Shown here: piece by piece, positions 21,969-24,951 of the stretch
Layout: each line of letters starts with the position of its first letter
Numbering within the stretch: position 1 is the first letter of the stretch
Assembly (NCBI GenBank): GCA_002269645.1
Contig: NIVC01003409.1
Location: 1 to 24,951, forward strand
Length of the DNA stretch: 24,951 nucleotides
DNA from: Macrostomum lignano
Taxonomy: Eukaryota
Reading direction: 5' to 3'
Position numbers and translations under genes: made by a program
The notes under the pieces: generated by a model
What the model saw: only the letters and a program-made list of their open reading frames with translations
Told to the model about the DNA's origin: nothing
Database searches by the model: none

Positions 21969-22882
21969 AATTTTAGTCTTTTAAACTTGACCAACACAAT
22001 GGCACTATGTCATATGCATAGCAATAGTCCATTCTTATTAAAAAAATAGCTTATCTAGTTCGTCATTTTCTCTAATTACAAAGCCTAATTTGCTTAATTA
22101 AGTACTCTCAAGTTAGCGCTAAAAGTTTTTTCGCCTACCGCTTACTCAAACCTGTAGACCACGCAGCCACAATCCCACAACCTTGTTCACCTTAGCAATA
22201 TTTTGCACCCTTTCTTTATTTACTACGTGTAATTAATGTTAATATTTTTTATTGTCCAATTACCAGCTATGAAAATAATTTAAATCGTAAACGAGAACTA
22301 TTTCGCTATAAAAATTCTCACACAGTGCCCCAGTCCTGAAACAGCCAAGAAACGGACAGCCACACTGTCTAGATGGCTTCAGATATTTAATTCGGCGTCC
22401 AAGGTTGTTTAATTGCGATAATTGTTGCCTTTTTACAATATTTTTTAAAATAGAGCGATTAGCTAAAATGCACAATAAAATGGCGCTGGAGTTTTCCCAG
22501 TTATCTATAGCTAGTGTACTCTTAAGAGTTCATCAACTGTACTATGCATACACCTTGATGAAACACATAGAGATTCGAGCTAGATTTTGACTGGAGTTTT
22601 ATTATTGAATACGTCTATAATACTATCACACTAGATTAGTAGATAGTAGTGTTTTAATGACACCCCGGCACAATAGCAGCGCTTATTATAAGGCACATTT
22701 TTAAAAAGTAAATATCATTCCATGTGGCTGGCGCCGTTTATTCTAGTGTATATGATGTACAATCTGTAAAACGATTCTTGACTAGATTTTCTACCCCAAG
22801 CGTACATTGTTCAGCTTTTCCCACCGTGTCGTCACTTTAATTTACACCAGATGGATAAGAATCGACTGTTAATACACGCAGA

Positions 22883-22997
22883 CAGTGTACATTCATGAAG
22901 GGAAGTGGGCGATGCGTTCTAAAAATAACCGTTAACCTTTAGTTTGTTCGAGGGTGACTGTTATTTTTAGCAAGCTTCGCCTCGTGAATGTACATTG
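22883..22997. mobile_element. Short palindromic MITE-like element (~115 bp)
   Basis: CAGTGTACATTCATGA...GGCGATGCGTTCTAAAAATAACCGTTA pairs with TGACTGTTATTTTTAGCAAGCTTCGCCTCGTGAATGTACATTG, with a 9-nt bulge on the left arm. Ends are CAGTG/CATTG. No clean TSD. Confidence 0.55.
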
Positions 22998-23948
22998 ATT
23001 GAATTCCGATGCTAAAAATAACTTCCGTCCTTTCTATCCTGTGTACACGCTCACCCCTCTTACCTAAAGTTTAGTCAGCAGTAAAATTTTATTAATACGT
23101 ACATCCACAACGAAGACAAGAATTTTAATGTTCCGATTATTGTAGGCCGTTTGATACGTCATTTGTTTGTTTTGTTGCAAGAGTACATTAGCAAGATAAA
23201 CCAATTAGATTCCAAAATACGCTCGTAAATAAATCTAAGTTTTCTTTATTATTGTCCTAATTTTTCAAAGTTCCTACACGAAGTTCTTTGCCTGCCAGTT
23301 AAAATAATCACAATCGTGCTTCTTGTTGTCCCGCAAGCACAGCAGACGGTTTTATGAAGTAGCTCTGCAACAAGCTAAATAGTATTGCTTTTTCAAACCA
23401 AAAAATCAAATGTTTTACCATTTACTGTCTTTTTATTATGATGCCATTTTTTTAATTTAAAATTGAATTTATGCCATTACGTTATATTTGAGAGCAAGTT
23501 GTAATATTTTTGGTTATTTTTACAGCAAGCCTTAGATTTGCTGAAGGTTTTTGGTTGCTGTCAAGTGAAATCTGGCTTGAGTTGGAGTAGGACGGTTTTA
23601 ATGAGAATTTGTTTTACTTTCGATTGTCAAATCACTCTCTTTTGACTAGATGTGTTGTGTTGTGAAAATAATTATATAAATTGTTTATGTTTTAAATGTG
23701 TTTGTTTTTTGTTTTTAAATCGGTTTAATTTTTTAGCTGATGATAGTGGTGTCTGTTATACATACACTACATGTCTAATTTTCAACTTTTTTAGCTCGTA
23801 TAATTACAATTAACGAGTCAGTGTTTATTGTTGTTTTCTAGTCAGAAGTCAGTGTATAATATTTTGTTTTTCATCAACGCTTTAGTGCTAATTCTACAAA
23901 TTTATCCATAAATTGCATTTTTCGTTGAAGAGACACGTGCACCTGACG

Positions 23949-24337
23949 GGGGCGCTTCATAAGACCTAGATTTCACAACGCCTAAAGCACATGACTTCAC
24001 AACGCCTAAATTTCGTATCACCTAAATTTAACAACACCTAAAACGAAAATGCATCCTATTCCATATCGCCTAAATTTCACAACGCTTAAAATCTGCATGC
24101 TCTTTCATATCGCCTAAACTTCATTTCGCCTAAATTTCACACACACCTAAAACTGAATGTGAAGGAGAGAAGCAAAGATTTTAGGCGTTCTGAAACTTAG
24201 GCGACATAAAATTTAGGCGATGTGAATGAGGCTGCATTTTCGGTTTTAGGCGTTATGAAATTTAGGCGATATGAATTTAAGGGTTGTGAAGTGTGGTGTT
24301 TTTAGCGTTGTGAAATTTAGTTCTTATGAAAGCGTCC
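23949..24337. mobile_element. Foldback/MITE-type non-autonomous DNA transposon with long TIRs built from CGCCTAAA modules
   Basis: Left end GGGGCGCTTCATAAGACCTAGATTTCACAACGCCTAAA matches the reverse complement of the right end (GGACGCTTTCATAAGAACTAAATTTCACAACGCTAAAA). Arm similarity extends ~150 bp. Flanks ACCTGACG (23941-23948) and AACTGACG (24338-24345) look like an 8-bp TSD with one mismatch. Confidence 0.8.
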
Positions 24338-24538
24338 AACTGACGCATGCAAAGTTACTTTTTTGCCGTTCAATAATGCTATACAAACTATTTATGTTGA
24401 AATTGCTATCCGTTGAGTTAGAATTTTTATGCTACTTGTTGTCTCGCACTGCTTATTGTCGCATAATAATAATTATTATTAAACTATAGTGCACCGCATG
24501 ATACTATTGTTGTACCTATCTGTCTTTTCATTTTGTAG

Positions 24539-24684
24539 AGCCACAATCGACAGCACACGCATCAAAGCGGGTGTCTGCGGCCGGCAATAATCAGACAGGC
24601 ATTGATGGCGTAGCTTCATGCTCATTCTGGCCTGCTGCTGCTGCTGCTGTTGCCAGCCCAGGCAGTCCGGCACAGTGCGATTAA
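24539..24684 (+). CDS. Candidate phase-1 exon with poly-Ala tract, ending in TAA (or spliced earlier)
   Basis: Acceptor TCTGTCTTTTCATTTTGTAG|. Only one frame is open over the whole stretch: xPQSTAHASKRVSAAGNNQTGIDGVASCSFWPAAAAAVASPGSPAQCD*. Confidence 0.3.
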
Positions 24685-24709
24685 AAAAGCCAACCCAATG
24701 CGGTATTAA

Positions 24710-24937
24710 GAGTTATCAGCGTGTTGCGTCACGCCTCCGAGCGGTTGGCGCCCTATCGTGGCCAATTTCTGCGAATGTTCGCTAGACGGCGAGCTGCTTG
24801 AAACTGGCGACAAAGAGCAGAACGTAGCTGAGGCTGTTGAAGCCGACAAAGACGGCGGGGAGTTGACGCCTACAGTTCAGGAGGAGATCAACAAAGATGC
24901 AGACGATGACTTTGTTAACATCGAATCAATCAATCCG
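24710..24937 (+). CDS. Candidate acidic coding segment ending at a donor; gene probably continues beyond the window
   Basis: Open frame ...FCECSLDGELLETGDKEQNVAEAVEADKDGGELTPTVQEEINKDADDDFVNIESINP followed by |GTAATT (24938). Codon-like GAx/GCx usage. The 5' boundary was not found. Confidence 0.4.
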
Positions 24938-24951
24938 GTAATTGTTCAGCA

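Noticed and set aside
20446-21984. 229-326-aa ORFs in the 32-bp satellite as real CDS
   Set aside because: All three frames are open because of repeat composition. The starts are TTG, there is no splice or domain support, and a 1-nt unit deletion near 21112 shifts frames.
22260-24673. Short ORFs 22260..22475, 22405..22590, 24271..24489 and 24479..24673
   Set aside because: They are 60-72 aa in AT-rich or MITE/antisense-CTG sequence with no coding signature.
24683-24689. A-AAA-AAG slippery heptamer suggesting programmed -1 frameshift between the 3' open frames
   Set aside because: The -1 frame hits TAA at 24707 and there is no evident downstream pseudoknot or retroelement context.

Overview
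Eukaryotic, intron-containing, repeat-rich genomic DNA, probably from an invertebrate animal. Candidate introns of 35-40 nt are reminiscent of flatworms, but this is inference only. About 60% of the window (3440-18174) is a nearly homogeneous tandem array of a ~636-bp unit: 23 full units plus a partial 24th. Each unit reads as one spliced exon plus one intron: strong acceptor (TTTCTTTTCCTCGCAG), an ~83-codon phase-1/phase-1 symmetric exon with a variable (GCA)n tract and a KRKRR motif, strong donor (G|GTGAGT), and a 387-bp intron. The first exon has a unique 5' half. The last has a unique 3' half ending in TAA with an AATAAA downstream. The middle copies therefore look like chimeras of two ancestral paralogous exons that recombined in the CAG tract. 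Fifteen of the 23 full exon copies keep the frame and 8 are frameshifted. The flanks contain a hidden two-exon minus-strand ORF (signal peptide plus TM helix, 35-nt intron), a chain of small plus-strand candidate exons, (GACA)n/(TGTC)n microsatellites, a 38-bp minisatellite, a 32-bp satellite, and two inverted-repeat (MITE/foldback-like) elements. I recognised no known gene family, rRNA, tRNA or CRISPR array. All gene models are read by eye and unvalidated.
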